From the NCBI RefSeq assembly GCF_009914755.1, contig NC_060925.1: DNA of 64,000 nucleotides; one strand, 5' to 3'. The notes under the pieces are model-generated. The model saw only the letters and a program-made list of their open reading frames with translations, made no database searches and was not told where the DNA came from. Of this stretch, positions 1 to 12,788 are shown one piece after another; the stretch's first letter is position 1; every line of letters starts with the position of its first letter. This stretch comes from the human T2T-CHM13v2.0 reference genome, Homo sapiens. The position numbers and the translations under genes are program-made.

Positions 1-844
1 CGTTTAGCAATCCTTCTTTGAGAAGACAGGCTTTGAAGCATTTTCCCTAATTCAATTGGCTTTGCTTTTTATTACTGATTTGTAAAAAGTACTCTCTATA
101 TTCAAAATTTGAGCCTTTTTTTTTTCAGGTAAACACAGTGCAATTATCTTCTCCCAGTCTGTGGCTCACCTTCTCACTTTCTCATGGTGATTCTTGATGA
201 GCAGAAGTTGATAACTTTGGTGAAATTCTACTTTGCTTTATTTTTTCCTGTTATCTCTTAAGGCAGAAATGTATTCTGCTACATTCTCTTCCAATAACTT
301 TAGGGTTTCGTTTTAATTTCTAAATCTATGGCATATCAAATTCATCTCCTGACCACAGCAAACTTAGCATCTGCTAATGTCCTGATCACCAGAAAACTTC
401 TGTATACTGTAAATAGACTGGCAAGAGTTACTTCTCTGCTGTTTCACAGCTATGGGCCCTGTGCCTCCCTCCATTTCTTCCCTACTCCTCTCTCCCTCTG
501 TCTCCTTCTCTGTCCTTCTGTCTCTCCTCTGATGCAGCTGAGAATCCCAGAGACATCTGAAACAGAGAAGTGGACAGGTCCAGTCTAATCTATGTCCAAG
601 AACCCAGGTTCTGTATTAGAAATCTATGTCAGCCCTTGCCTGACCTTGGTTAACTATCTTAAATGTTATGTGCCTCAACATTTTTCTGTGGAAGGTTGGG
701 CCTCTTTGGGAACTCTGCCTTACACTGCTGTTGTCAGACGGGCCTGGATTTAGTGACTACTCAATCAATAACGTAATCACTAGAATTATAAAAATCATTA
801 TCATTGTCCTCTGCCTTATTTGTGAACAATCACTCTCCAGATTG

Positions 845-1516
845 TTTTCACTTTACCTTTGCTTGTAGAACTTCACGCAGATGGAATCACCTTGCATCTA
901 CTCTGTTCTACATGCTTCTTTCTCTCTGCATAATGTCTCTGGCTCTATCCATTGCTGAGTGTAGCAGAAGTTCATTCCTCTTTCATTGCTGAGTAGTATT
1001 CCATTGCAAAGAGACAGCACAGTTTGTTTGCCATTCTCGCCCCACCTCCACCCCGATAATGAGCGTCTGGGTATTGGCTATTCTGAATAAACCGGTATTG
1101 GGTATTCTGAATAAGCCGGCTTTGAACTTTCTTCCCACAAGAGATTTTGAGGGCACCTGTTTTCGTGTCTCTTGGGGAAAACCTAGTTGCCTAATTGCTG
1201 GTACCAAAGAGTGAGATATGTGCAAGATCATAAAAACTCACAAAACTTGGCCCAAAGTAGTTGTGTCATTTTACATTTCCAGCAATGACGTGTGAGAGTT
1301 GTGGTTGTTCTTCATCTTCTCCAAGATTGGGTGTTTCCTCTCCTTATAAATTTAGCCATGCTACTGGGAGTTATAGTGGTGTCTCAATGTGGTTTTGATT
1401 TCCATTTTCCTGAGAGCTAAACATATTGTATATGCTTTGTTGACCATGTGTGTACCTTTTATTCTTATGTATCTGTTCAAGTCTTTTACCCATCTAGCAT
1501 ACTTGGGTTGATTGGT

Positions 1517-1550
<34 letters not shown>

Positions 1551-1980
1551 CCTTGTTGTTTTAATTACCAGGTAAGAAGATCTCAGCATACTTTATAGTT
1601 ACAGGGTTTGGGGGTCAGATAAGTTTCGTGACTATTTTCTCCCTGTCTGAGGCTGTCTCATTTCTTCACTTTCTTTGTTGCCTCTTTTGATGAGAAGATA
1701 TGGCTAATATTTGATGAAGTCTAATGTATCAAGCCTTTCCTTTATACATTTTTTTCTGTGCCCTATTTAATAAATCTCTGTCTACCAACAAGTCACAAAG
1801 TATCCTCGAAATGCTTTATATCTTTGGCTTTTATATTTTGGTCTATAATGTGTCTCAAGTTACTTTCAAGTGTAGTGTGAGGGAGAAATAACCTTGTTCG
1901 TCTACCCCTTCTCCTTTATGAAAGGCAATTAATTGAAACTATTTCCTTTGCCCCATTAAACTGCTTTTATTGAAAACCTA
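845..1980 (-). mobile_element. Old L1M (L1MB/MC-like) fragments, antisense; mirrored at ~16600-17740
   Basis: Typical L1 3' antisense motifs such as 'cattgctgagtagtattccattg' and 'ccaaagtagttgtgtcattttacatttccagcaatg'. Confidence 0.7.
1517..1561 (+). repeat. (TTG)n microsatellite; mirror (CAA)n at ~17015-17062
   Basis: Seen directly in the sequence. Confidence 0.9.
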
Positions 1981-1981
1981 T

Positions 1982-2270
1982 GGCCAGTCATGGTGGCTCA
2001 TGACTGTAATCCCAGCACTATGAGAGACTGAGGCCTGTGGATCACTTGAGCCCAGGAGTTGGAGACCAGTCTGGGCAACATGGAGAAACCTCATGTCTAC
2101 TAATATGTGCCTGTAGTATGAGCTACCTGGGAGGCTGAGGCACGGGGATCGCTTCAGCCTGGGAAGCAGAGATTGCAGTGAGCCGAGATCGCGCCACTGC
2201 ACTCTAGCCTGGATGACAGAGTAAGTCCCTGTCTCAGAAAACAAAAAGAAATTAACAAACAAACAAAAAA
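1982..2270 (+). mobile_element. AluJ-like SINE with internal deletion
   Basis: ggccagtcatggtggctcatgactgtaatcccagcact...gcagtgagccgagatcgcgccactgcactc followed by an A-rich tail; the middle A-rich linker is missing. Confidence 0.9.
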
Positions 2271-2577
2271 CCTATGAACCTTATAGCTGTGGGTCAGTTT
2301 CAGGTCTCCAAAGTCAGTCTGTTGATGTATTTGTGTCTCCCAATGCCACTTGCACACTGCCTTGATTATAACAGCTTAGAGTGAGTCTGAAACTCAGGTT
2401 GTGCAAGTCCTCTGGTTTTCTTCTTTTTCACACAGCATAATAAGCTTTGAAATAGGTCATAACTCATGTAACCATCACATAGATCAAGATATGCTGTCAC
2501 TTCATACCTCTCATTTCAGTGTGGGATACAAGTACTTGCACATCTATGCTGATTGCCCCCTTGGGGCCAAGGATCAT

Positions 2578-3668
2578 TGTTACGGGAAGTCAGGGACCCC
2601 AAGTGGAGGGACCGGCTGCAGCCAAGGCAGAGGAACATAAATTGTAAAGATTTCACCTTAATATGGACATTTACCAGTTCTCAAATAATACTTTTATAAT
2701 TTCTTTTGCCTCTCTTTACTTTAATCTCTTAATCCTGTTATCTTCATAAACTGAGGATATACCTCACCTCAGGACCACTGTGATAATTGTGTTAACTGTA
2801 CAAATTGATTGTAAAACACGTGTTTGAACAACATGAAATCAGTGCACCTTGAAAAAGAACAGAATAATAGCGATTTTTGTGAAACAAGGGAAGACAACCA
2901 TAATTTCTGACTGCCTGTGGGGTCGGGCAAAAAGAGTCATATTTTTCTTCTTGCAGAGGGCCTATAAACGAACATGCAAGTAGTCAACATATCACTAAAT
3001 TCTTTTCCTAGCAAGGAATATTAATATTAATACTCTGGGAAGAGAATGCATCTCTGGGGGGAGGTCTATGAACGGCCACTCTGGGAATGTCTGTCTTGTG
3101 CAGTTGAGATAAGGACTGAGATAAGCCCTGGTCTCCTGCAGAACCCTCAAGCTTACTAGGGTTGGGAAAACTCAGCCCTGGTAAATTTGTGGTCAGACCA
3201 GTTCTCTGCTCTCAACCCTGTTTTCTGTTGTTTAAGATGTTAATCAAGACAATACATGCACCACTGAACATTGACCCTTATCAGTGGTTCTGCCTTTGCC
3301 GTTTGCCTTGTGATCTTTGTTGGACCCTTATCAGTGGTTCTGGTTTTGCCCTTTGCCCTGTTCCCTCAGAAGCATGTGATCTTTGTTAGACCCTTATCAG
3401 TGGTTCTGCTTTTTGCTATTTGAAGCATGTGATCTTTGTACCTACTCTCTGTTCTTACACACCCTCTCCTTTTGAAACCCTTAATGAAAACTTGCTGGTC
3501 GGAGACTCAGGTGGGCATCACAGTCCTACTAATATGTGATGTCACCCCTGGCACCCCACCTGTAAAATTCCTCCCTTTGTACTGTCTGTCTTTATTTCTC
3601 AGCTGGCTGACACTTATGGAAAATAGAAAGAACCTACGTTGAAATATTGGGGGCGGGTTCTCCCAATA
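2578..3668 (+). mobile_element. MER11 solo LTR (HERV-K HML-8 family)
   Basis: Starts tgttacgggaagtcagggacccc and ends gaaatattgggggcgggttctcccaata. Contains internal gacccttatcagtggttctg repeats. Imperfect 6-bp TSD gatcat/gatcct. Confidence 0.88.
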
Positions 3669-3904
3669 GATCCTCTCTTCTACCCTCTGGAGAGAATAAA
3701 TCTTCAGTTGTCTGCAGGGAGGAGGAACACACAAAAAGTCCACAACACTCAGCACAGAGTCCAGATTTTGGTAGTGGGGTTGATGGGGAGGAAGCTCACA
3801 TTTCAGGCCTTTCAAAATCTTAGGAAAAGTTTTCTTTATTTCTAACTGTGAAATGTACAAAGCTTTGGGTCATTTATAATTTCTTCTTCTTCTTGAAAGA
3901 TCAC

Positions 3905-4268
3905 AGGAGACCTAATATTTGTGTCCCCCCAAAATGCCTTGGTTGAAACCCTAACCTTCCCCTGTCCACCCCTGGAAAGTGTTAAAATTAGGAGGAGGGG
4001 CCTTTGGGAGGTAATTAGATCCAGAGGGTGGAGTCCTCCTGAGTGGGATTAGTGCCCCTATAAAAGGGACACTAGAGAGCTCTCTCAGCCTCTTTCAGCC
4101 CCCTGCAGATACAGTAGGAAGATGGCAGTCTATGACCAGGAAGAGGTTCCTCACCATAACCCTACCATGCTGGCACCTTGACCTTAGACTTCCAAACTCC
4201 AGAACTGTGAGAAATGTCTGTTGTGGATCAGCTACCCAGTTTATGGTACATTAGCTCCAACTAAGACA
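3905..4268 (+). mobile_element. MLT1A-like MaLR LTR; mirror at ~14301-14670
   Basis: MLT1 hallmarks 'atgctggcaccttgaccttagacttccaaactccagaactgtgagaaat' and terminal 'actaagaca'. Confidence 0.8.
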
Positions 4269-5666
4269 GAGATGGAGTCCCATGGAGGGTGTCTAATTTT
4301 TGATGCTGGTCATTGCATTCTTCATGTGGGATGTTGCAAATTAGAAACTGAGGGAGAGCTGACCTTTCCTGCATATGTAAGAAGAGAGTGGAGGGGCAAA
4401 GATACAGAATGGGAAAGAACAAGCTGGAACCAGAAAACTTATTTCAGGGTCTGGCACTTGAATGTCTTATTTTAGAGAAAGAGAAGACACTGGTAGAAGA
4501 CCTTCAGTGGAAACCTTCAGCAGATATTTAAAAGCCATTCAATTACATCTTCACTTGTTTGTATGTAGTTCCTCTTTTCCCATCTTTGTAAGTGTGGCAC
4601 AGGTGAACTGGATGTGTTTATTCAATGTGTTTTTGGAATGCATGTGTAAATAAAAATGACTGTGTCATACTTCCCATATTCATCCCGGAACCTCCTAGAG
4701 TTCCCTTAGGTTCTGCCAATTGTACATTGAAAGTACAACAGGCCCGTCGTGGGGATTAATTTTCATTGAACATTTCTAGGAGGAGGGAGGAGGAGGTGGG
4801 GGGAATGTGACAGTCTCAACAACAGTTGCTATACTACTCTTACCAAAGTGGTTTTCCTATGTACTTCTCAACAGATCGGCCCTTTCTTCAAATAAGAGCA
4901 GTTGGAACAACAAAAGCTGTTCAGTTGTACCCTTGGAATCCACGGAAATCCTGGGTAGGGAAGCTCCAGTACCACCAACTGGAAAGACTGGGAATGCCTA
5001 GTAGCTGGTACTGGCCATTGTCGTAGGCTTTGTCCACTTTGACAAACTGAAGACGGGGACTCGACTCACCTTCGCCAGCCACAGGAGGACCTCCAGACGA
5101 GGTTAGGTCGACTTCATGGTAACTTTAGATCTTGAAACCTCACAGGATTTTTCTTCTCTTCCCCTTGATCTCTCTTCCGCTTACTCAACAGGACCGGACT
5201 CGCCGCCTTTCTTTCCCGTCAGAAAGGGATCCCTTGCGGACAAGACCGAAGTGAGTAGCTGGTTTCCCCTACGTGTCCTTCCGGGGCTGGGTGTCTCGGG
5301 AGCTCAGGCTGACAGGAGACCTAACTACCGGCGACTGAGACCAGCAGGAGCCTGGAGGGGCGCGCACCAGGGTGGAGGTTTGGTGCCGGGGGTTGAGAAC
5401 AACAGTCAAACCCTCTTCTTCCCTGTACCGCGCACCTGCCCCCTGGGATGCCGAACGAAGTGGCCCCTAAGGCTTCTCTGCAGGTCCAACCGAAACAGGC
5501 CTGAAGTTCCAGGATGGGCGAGAGGATCCTCTTTGAGCGAAACCAGCCTTCTGCCTGGCTGGCCCTGGTCAACACACTCGGAAGAGGCCGATTTGGAGGA
5601 CAGAACGGAAGAAAAGACCTAAAGGTAGAATCTCATGATGTCGAGATGTTAAAACCCTCAAATTTT

Positions 5667-6365
5667 TCCAAATATGCAGGGGGGGAAAGAGGATAATAAT
5701 ATTCCCAATATCGCAAGAGTTATACACCCCCGCGTGAAATGGTCCTTAATAATATTCCAAGGCGGAGGGGATGATGTTACTACATATATCGCAGAAAGTG
5801 TACACCCCCCAGGGATATTATTCCCATGATCCTGGAGGGAAGAGGATATTACTTTAAATATCACAGAAGGTGTACACGCCCCCAGTGATATTGTTTCTAA
5901 TTTCAACGTGGGAGAGGAGGATATGACACCCAACATCGCAGGGAGTAGAAACACTCCTGTGATACTGTTCTCAATATTCAGGGAGAAAGAGGTTGATATT
6001 ACTCCCAATACAGATGAGTGTACACAGGTCTGTGAAATAGTTCATAATTTCCAGAGGGGGAGTTGATATATACTCACAATATCGTAAACAGGCTATGAGT
6101 CCACCGTGGATCGTAATAGCTAGGGGTGGAGAGATCGTTGCTATTACTCCCCTTATTGCGGGGGGTGCCTCACCCCCCTGAGATGTGGATCGTGATAGCC
6201 GGGGCAGGTGGAGGGGGTTCCTATTACTCCCCATATCGCAGGGGTTGCCTCACACACCTGCGATGTGGATTGTGACAGCCAGGGGGGGAGAGGGGGTTGC
6301 TATGACTCCCCATATCGCGGGGGGTGCCTCACCCCCCTGCGATGTGGATTGTAATAGCCAGGAGA
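5667..6365. repeat. SATR1/SATR2-type satellite, ~70-bp diverged tandem units
   Basis: Recurring units like 'gatattactcccaatatcgcagggggtgtacacccccctgtgat', with more homogeneous units at ~6100-6365. Confidence 0.85.
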
Positions 6366-9300
6366 GGATCCAGAAGTCAGAATCCATTTTCTATCCAAAC
6401 CATATAGAATAGTGATGGCTTTGGTTTCTGAGAATAGATCCAGGCATGGAATCACACAGACTTTCATTCAGAGCTGGGTTTTGCCATGTGCAAGTACCTC
6501 ACCTCTTAGAGGAGATGAGATAAAATATGTGGAACACTTTTCACAAGTCTGGCACACAGACAGCACTCGCATATTTTTAGTGCTCTTATTGTTGAATCCT
6601 TTGGGAGAAAAGATAATAGATTAGAGTGTGGATTTTTTTCCCTCAGGTTTTGTTTTGAGCTCAGGCTGCTTTATTCAGTGATGACCTGTATTTACTTCAT
6701 AAGCAGACACTTCATTGGAGATTTTAGCTATATTTTCCCCATGGGCCCACTTTATGCTGAAACAGTAGCACAGATGGTGAGACAGTTTAATGCCATTGCC
6801 TTACCTCCTGATAACAGCATCGTTGACATGTCAGCACTCCATGTCAAAATATTATGACAAGCATAATAAGTAAAATAAATTAAAAACACTTATTGATTTT
6901 AAGTGTTATTTCCCTCTACTATCAATGACATACGATGTCAAATGTGATATAATTGAAGTATATTTTAAGCAAGATAATTAACAAATTGGATTTTGGAGTT
7001 GATTCTTTAACATGCTTTATGCAATTTCATGAAAAATCCCCGTATGTAGACACAAATCAACAGAAGCTCCTGGCCATGAATATTGTAATATACAATTCCA
7101 ATGATACCCTTCCTACCAAGGCATCATGCCCATACACATGAGATGAGAGAAGAGAGAAAAATATGCTGTTGACTTTGCTCACACCATTCTGGTAGAAATC
7201 AACAGCCAACCCAGCATTCATACAAAACTTAGAATTGGAGTAGTGGTAACTTGCTCTTCATTTTATCTCAACCCCATCAAGATCTACCTTCTCTGTACTG
7301 AAGGTTTCCTAGGCAAGGGTAGAGATTGGGCTGGGGCAGAGGTACACCCAACCAACCACCACCTTCTGGACCCCATCGGGGGTGACATCACGTTTTCATG
7401 AGGGAAGGCTTTAATAATAACAAAATCCGAGTGCTACAGAAGATGAAAAGCCCCATGCTCTTCTGCACTGGAGAGTGAAGCTTTTAGTACAACAATGTGG
7501 TTAAAAAGCAGGAGGAGAAAAGGAAGCAGAGGCATCAATTACAATTAGAGATTTCCTGACAAGGCCTATGCTAAACGAGTTATAGAGGCAATTACCCTAA
7601 AAATTTTGAAGCAGCCATTTGCTCAGTAACTTACACCGACCTGACACCCAACCAGAGATTGCCATAAGCAGGGAATTTATGGTGTTAGAATGCTGCTTTA
7701 GCGTAAATTACCTCAGGGAACAGATTTAAACCAGTTGCATTTTAAAAATTATGCAGCAACAACAACAACAAAATGAGTTTATGCAAACTCAATACCAATT
7801 GCAGAATGGGGCCCTCTAAGTCTTTATCTTCAAAGATGCTGCATTCCTTCTCGCCTGTTTGTTTTCTCTCTCTGGATGAAGATTCACAGCATTAATACAT
7901 AATAACTGTATCTCACTCCATTACGGGTAGTTCAAGGCCGCTCCGCATAAACTATATGCACGGCTTTGTGTCTTCATCTTTAAAACCACCAAATACCTTG
8001 GTCACAGACATATGTTAGGTTTAATGCATCCCCTGCCATAAATGTGTTGCTTAAGACTAATGAACAAACGAAAGTTTGTTTAAACCTCTTTGTGAAAATC
8101 AAACTAGCTTTCAACAGCTATTCCTGTATTTATTGTCAGATGTGAATCATCACTGAGGTGCTTTGCCCTGAACTATAACCAGTTAATGCTCATAGTTTCA
8201 TGGTACTAATTCACTTGCTATGGTTTTCGTTTTTTGTTGCATTGTTTTTCCCCCTCTCTTCTTCCTTTCTGTCAGTACCATCTCCAGAAAGGCACTGTAT
8301 GAAAAGTCCCATGTTGTTTCTGGCAGAACTGACACATTTGTGCCTAGCATAGTGATGCTGTTGTCTGCAGAAGGGTCACAGCCTTCAGGGACTCTCCTGC
8401 CAGTGCTGTATTTTGCCTGCACCCCTCTGGCTTGGCTTCTGCACTGAGACCCTCCTAACAAGTGAGCACAAGCAAGACACTCTCCCTGCCTCTACCCCCA
8501 CCCCTCCTCACAAAGTAGCTGTTTTTTCAAACTCAGCAGCACTGAAAAGCTCCCACCAGATTTACCCATTATACTAAATATCAGGTTTTAGAAGCTGGGA
8601 ACTGTTATTCTAGTGTTGCTGGGTGTCATTAAGGTTGCACGTCTATGCTTGTTTAATTTTTCTCCTGCCATGAAGCAAATTAAGTGCTCGGAGGTTTTTT
8701 CTGTCTCACTGGGGTCCACCCAGAAGAGAAAAGAGAGTAAGTGTTCCAGGGTTGTGTAACTGGATTTTTTTTGCTGTTTTCATTATGAGGAAGGAATTAA
8801 AAATCCCTCCTAGTCAGTACTTAAAATATCAAAGTCATTGTTTAATGCCTTTGAGTCACTGTACAACTAATTCAATTGCACAGTATAGCACCGTTTCATG
8901 GTGTGTGAAACACAGATAGTACATAGAAGTGATTGCAAAGTTGAATAAACACCAAATTAGTTTTAAAAGTCTGCGACTTCCCAGTGGAGTCTTTCAAACT
9001 GAACGGCACTATTGTCTGACAAAGTCGATGGCCACCAAAAGGTTGCATTACCTTCTGCTTGTGCTAATGGAAGAGAGTGTCCCCTGACACTGTGGCACCT
9101 GGAGGAGAAGGCCATCCTCTGGGAGGCTTGTGTGCTGACAACTCCACATAACCAGCCTGCTTGTCACTCAGGGAGACATGACCACACAACACAGCCTGGA
9201 GTGGACAAGGAAGAGAGATGGTGTAGGTGAAAGAAAGGCCATGGCCAAACGAGAGACCCCAGGACAATTTTTAAAGCAGTTTGATATAGATGAAATATTG

Positions 9301-9924
9301 TAATTTGAGAATTAAAAAGACAAAGTTAGGCCCCATGCTTTGTTGCTTCCTGGCTGTGAGACTATTTTCAACTCATTTAACATTTCTGAGCCTCAGTCTC
9401 CTTATCTGTGCCCATTTGGTCAATAACAATTTTTCACTAACTATTATGTATTTTCTAGGCACTGTTCTAAGTGCTGCAGTGCTGGGGCCACAATATCAAA
9501 CAAAACAAGTGAGTCAGTGTCTTCAGTGAAGTTTACTGTATATTATAAACAGTCATAGAATTCAAAGACAATCATATAACCAACTCTTTTGGATGGCTTA
9601 GGATGTGCCAGGTACTGTGCTAAGGACAAGAGATATAACCAGATACAAACCAGTCCCCATCCTCAATCATTACTTATTCACTCAACAAATATTTTTGAGT
9701 ACTTACCCTGCACCAGGCACTAGGGATATAACAGATAAAAATTAAGTCTCTCGCTTCATGAAGCTTTCATTCTGATAGAGGGAGACAGGCAATAAGCAAA
9801 TAAATGGTTTATTCCACCACCCCTTCAAGTCTTCACTCAAATGTTCCTTTTTCAATGAGACTATATAACCAACGTATTTAAAATTTCAACCACCATCCTG
9901 CATTCACTGCTTTTCATCTTGCTA

Positions 9925-10420
9925 AGGTAGTTAATATGTGTTAATTTGACTGAACCACAAGGTGCCCAGATACTTGGTCAAACATTATGCTGGGTGTGTC
10001 TGTGAGCATGGTTTTGGATGAGATTAACATTTGAATCAGTACACTGAATAAAGCTTATTTCTTTCCCCAGTAGATGATCCTCATCCAATCACTTAAAGGC
10101 CTGAATAGAACCAAAAGTCTGACCTGCCCATGAGTAAGAGAGAGCTCCTTCTGCCTGATTGCTTCAGCTGAGATATCAGCCTTTTCCTGCCTTTGGAATT
10201 GAACTGCAACACTGGCTCTTCCTGGGCCTCAAGCCTGCCAGCTTTTGAACTGTAATCACACCATCATCTCTCCTGGTTCTCAGGCCTTTGGACTCAAATC
10301 AGAAACACACCATGGGCTCTCCTGTGTCTCAAGCTTGCCAACTGTGATCTTGAGACTTCTCAGCCTCCATAATCACATGAGTCAATTGTTGGTTCTGTTT
10401 CTCTGGAGAACCCTAATCCA
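9925..10420 (+). mobile_element. MLT2-family (ERVL) LTR
   Basis: 'gtgcccagatacttggtcaaacattatgctgggtgtgtctgtgag' through 'ggttctgtttctctggagaaccctaat'. Confidence 0.8.
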
Positions 10421-11281
10421 TCACTTTACATATTTCTTCCATTACACATATTGTTTCCCAGCATATTAAATAATTTACTGATTATATTTTTGGTTTATTA
10501 TTTATTTCTCCTCCTGGAATGTAAGTTTCACAGAGATCTTGTTCATTGCTAGATCTCAAGCCTGGCATCTAGTAGGCATTCAGTAAATAGCTGTTGAAAG
10601 ATGAAAAAATAAATGTAATCTGCCAAGTGGAGGTAGGTACTGTGAAGAAGAATAAAACCAAATAAAGGAACTTGAGGGGAACAAAGGCACTTCTTTTTAT
10701 AGAAGGTAGTCAGGCCCTGGTGGGACAGTGGATATTACTACTGGGATATATTTTTTATCTTCCAAACTAGGATATCTTCCTTAATCCTGAGATCCTTGTA
10801 GATTCACATGGAGTTATAGGAAATAATACAGGGGAGTCTCATGTAGCCTCTACCCAGTTTCCTTGAATAGTACCATCTTGCAATATCATAATCAAGATAT
10901 ACCTATTGATACAATGTAGAAATCTTATTTGGATTTTCCTAACTTAACTTGTACTTGTTTGTGTGTGTGTTTAGTTTCATGCAATTTTTCACATGTTTAG
11001 GTTCGGGTATCTACCACCACAGTGGAGATACTAAACAGTTCCTTCACTACGAGGATCTCCCATGTTGCCTTTTATAACCACATCCACCTCTGCACCCTTT
11101 ACCCTTACCCTTTTCCAATCTTGGGCAACCACTATTCTGTCCTCCATTTCTATACTTTTTGTAAACTAGGACACTTTTGAAAGCAAAGGGGATACTATTA
11201 ATAATTACGGCAGGACAACTGGTTAATGAGCACTGTCCCTGATGAAACACATGTGGGCATCTCTTTATTATAGAACAATCA

Positions 11282-11688
11282 CGATATGGTTTGACTCTGT
11301 TTCCCCACCCAAATCTCATCTTGAATTGTAATCCCCACATGTCAGGGGAGGGGTCTACTGGGAGGTGATTGAATCTTGGGGGCAGACTCCCTCCTTGCTG
11401 TTCTCATGATAGTGAGTGTATATTTTTTTCTATACAAGGCACACCAATGAGTACTTTTTAATTAACCACAAGATATGGTTGTTTGGAAGTGTGTGGCACT
11501 TCCCCCTTCACTCTCTCTCTTTCTGTCCTGCTGCCATATAAGAAATGTCTTGCTTCCCCTTCTGCCATGATTGTAAGTTCCTGAGGACTCCCAGCCATGC
11601 AGAACTGTGAGTCAATTAAACCTCTTTTCTTCATAGATTACCCAGTCTCAGGTAGTTCCTTATAGCAGTGTGAAAATGGATTGATACA
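11282..11688 (+). mobile_element. MSTA/THE1-like MaLR LTR
   Basis: 'gatatggtttgactctgtttccccacccaaatctcatcttgaattgtaatcccc' through 'ttacccagtctcaggtagttccttatagcagtgtgaaaatggattgataca'. Confidence 0.85.
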
Positions 11689-12554
11689 AATCATAACAAC
11701 TATATCTAACAGTCATGGAATGGGTTCAGCATGCCAGGCACTCCACTGATCTTTGTCCACATTATTACTTTTAAAACCCAAAAAAAGCATGAGGCCAATA
11801 CTGTTATTGTTCACATTTTACAGAGCAAGAAACAGAGGCAGCGAGGCATTAAAACACCTGTCTAGGGTCACAGGGTGTACAGCTTTCAGAGCCAGGAATC
11901 ATAACCAGGTCTGTCTTGTTCTAAAGCTTGCCTTTTGTAACTCCTGCACATTAAACAAATAATCACAACTAATTTCTTAAATAATTACAAGAGAGCCAAG
12001 TGTTTTGAAGTATAAATACAAAGGGCTACCGAAGCATAAAATGGGAATTGGAAAAATACCTACCTCACCCAGAATTATTGTAAGAATTAAAAAGCACTCA
12101 TTGGTGCACTTTGTATATCAAAAAGAACCTTTAAAAGTGTTCAGCATTGTCAAACTTTGTACCAGGAGAGATAGTCTTATCTGGACATTCATCACCTTGA
12201 ATTTCCAAAATGTTAAGCGCCATCTCCTGAACAGTGCAATAGCTTTCTGTATACACTTTGGAATACTGACAGAGAATAATGAATTTTAAATTTTTAAAAA
12301 TCTACAGTTTCTGACTGCAACTCAAAGAAAGTATTCACTCTGACATCATAAACTGTATAGCAGAGTTCGCCCTACAAAAGAAATTGTCTATGATTTCCCC
12401 CAGATGTGAGGATCCATCACTGAGGGAAGGAGTACGTTCCTTATGCTCTGGGCAAATCTCCGAGAGTTCCCTCTGACGCTGGAATTTTTTCCTCAGATCC
12501 AAGATCCAGTTAGTGGCCAATTCGTGATTTCCTGTCCGCCAAGTGCGTGGGCAT

Positions 12555-12788
12555 TGATCTACAGGCGAGTTTCCCCACCTCCAGGGAATGGCTACTTCGG
12601 GGTCGGTGGGGGCGGGTGTCCTCCGGTGGATTGTAAGGTGTTTAGCAGCATCCCTCACCTCTGCTGACTAGATAGATGCCAGGGGTTAACATTCTCCCTC
12701 CGGGCTTCCCCTAGTCGTGGTCTTGTGTACCAGCAGGGATGGGGGAGGCATGTGAGGGTGAAGTTGCCGCCTGATGAGAACCATTGGT
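12555..12788 (+). mobile_element. MER20-like DNA transposon fossil
   Basis: 'tgtaaggtgtttagcagcatccctcacctctgctgactagatagatgcca' and terminal 'tgagaaccattg'. Confidence 0.65.

Larger units (their letters stand above)
1..5665 (+). repeat. Left arm of a large inverted duplication (palindrome), probably continuing left of the window
   Basis: Position 1 (cgtttagcaatcc) is the reverse complement of sequence ending at 18579. Similarity continues to ...gatgttaaaaccctcaaattt (~5665), matching ~12893. The ORF track shows mirrored near-identical ORFs (328..588+ vs 17992..18252-; 2401..2640+ vs 15936..16175-). Confidence 0.97.

Noticed and set aside
3272-3440. Short repeats 'gacccttatcagtggttctg' with variable spacers, superficially CRISPR-like
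   Set aside because: They are internal repeats of the MER11 LTR in eukaryotic DNA; the spacers are related to each other and no cas genes are present.
4987-5031. Resemblance to the 5S rRNA 3' end (ctgggaatgcc...gtaggcttt)
   Set aside because: Only two short words match, with wrong spacing; the rest of 5S is absent.
5667-6365. Periodic array as a CRISPR or novel repeat system
   Set aside because: Whole units are homologous with no unique spacers, and it fits the known SATR satellite type.
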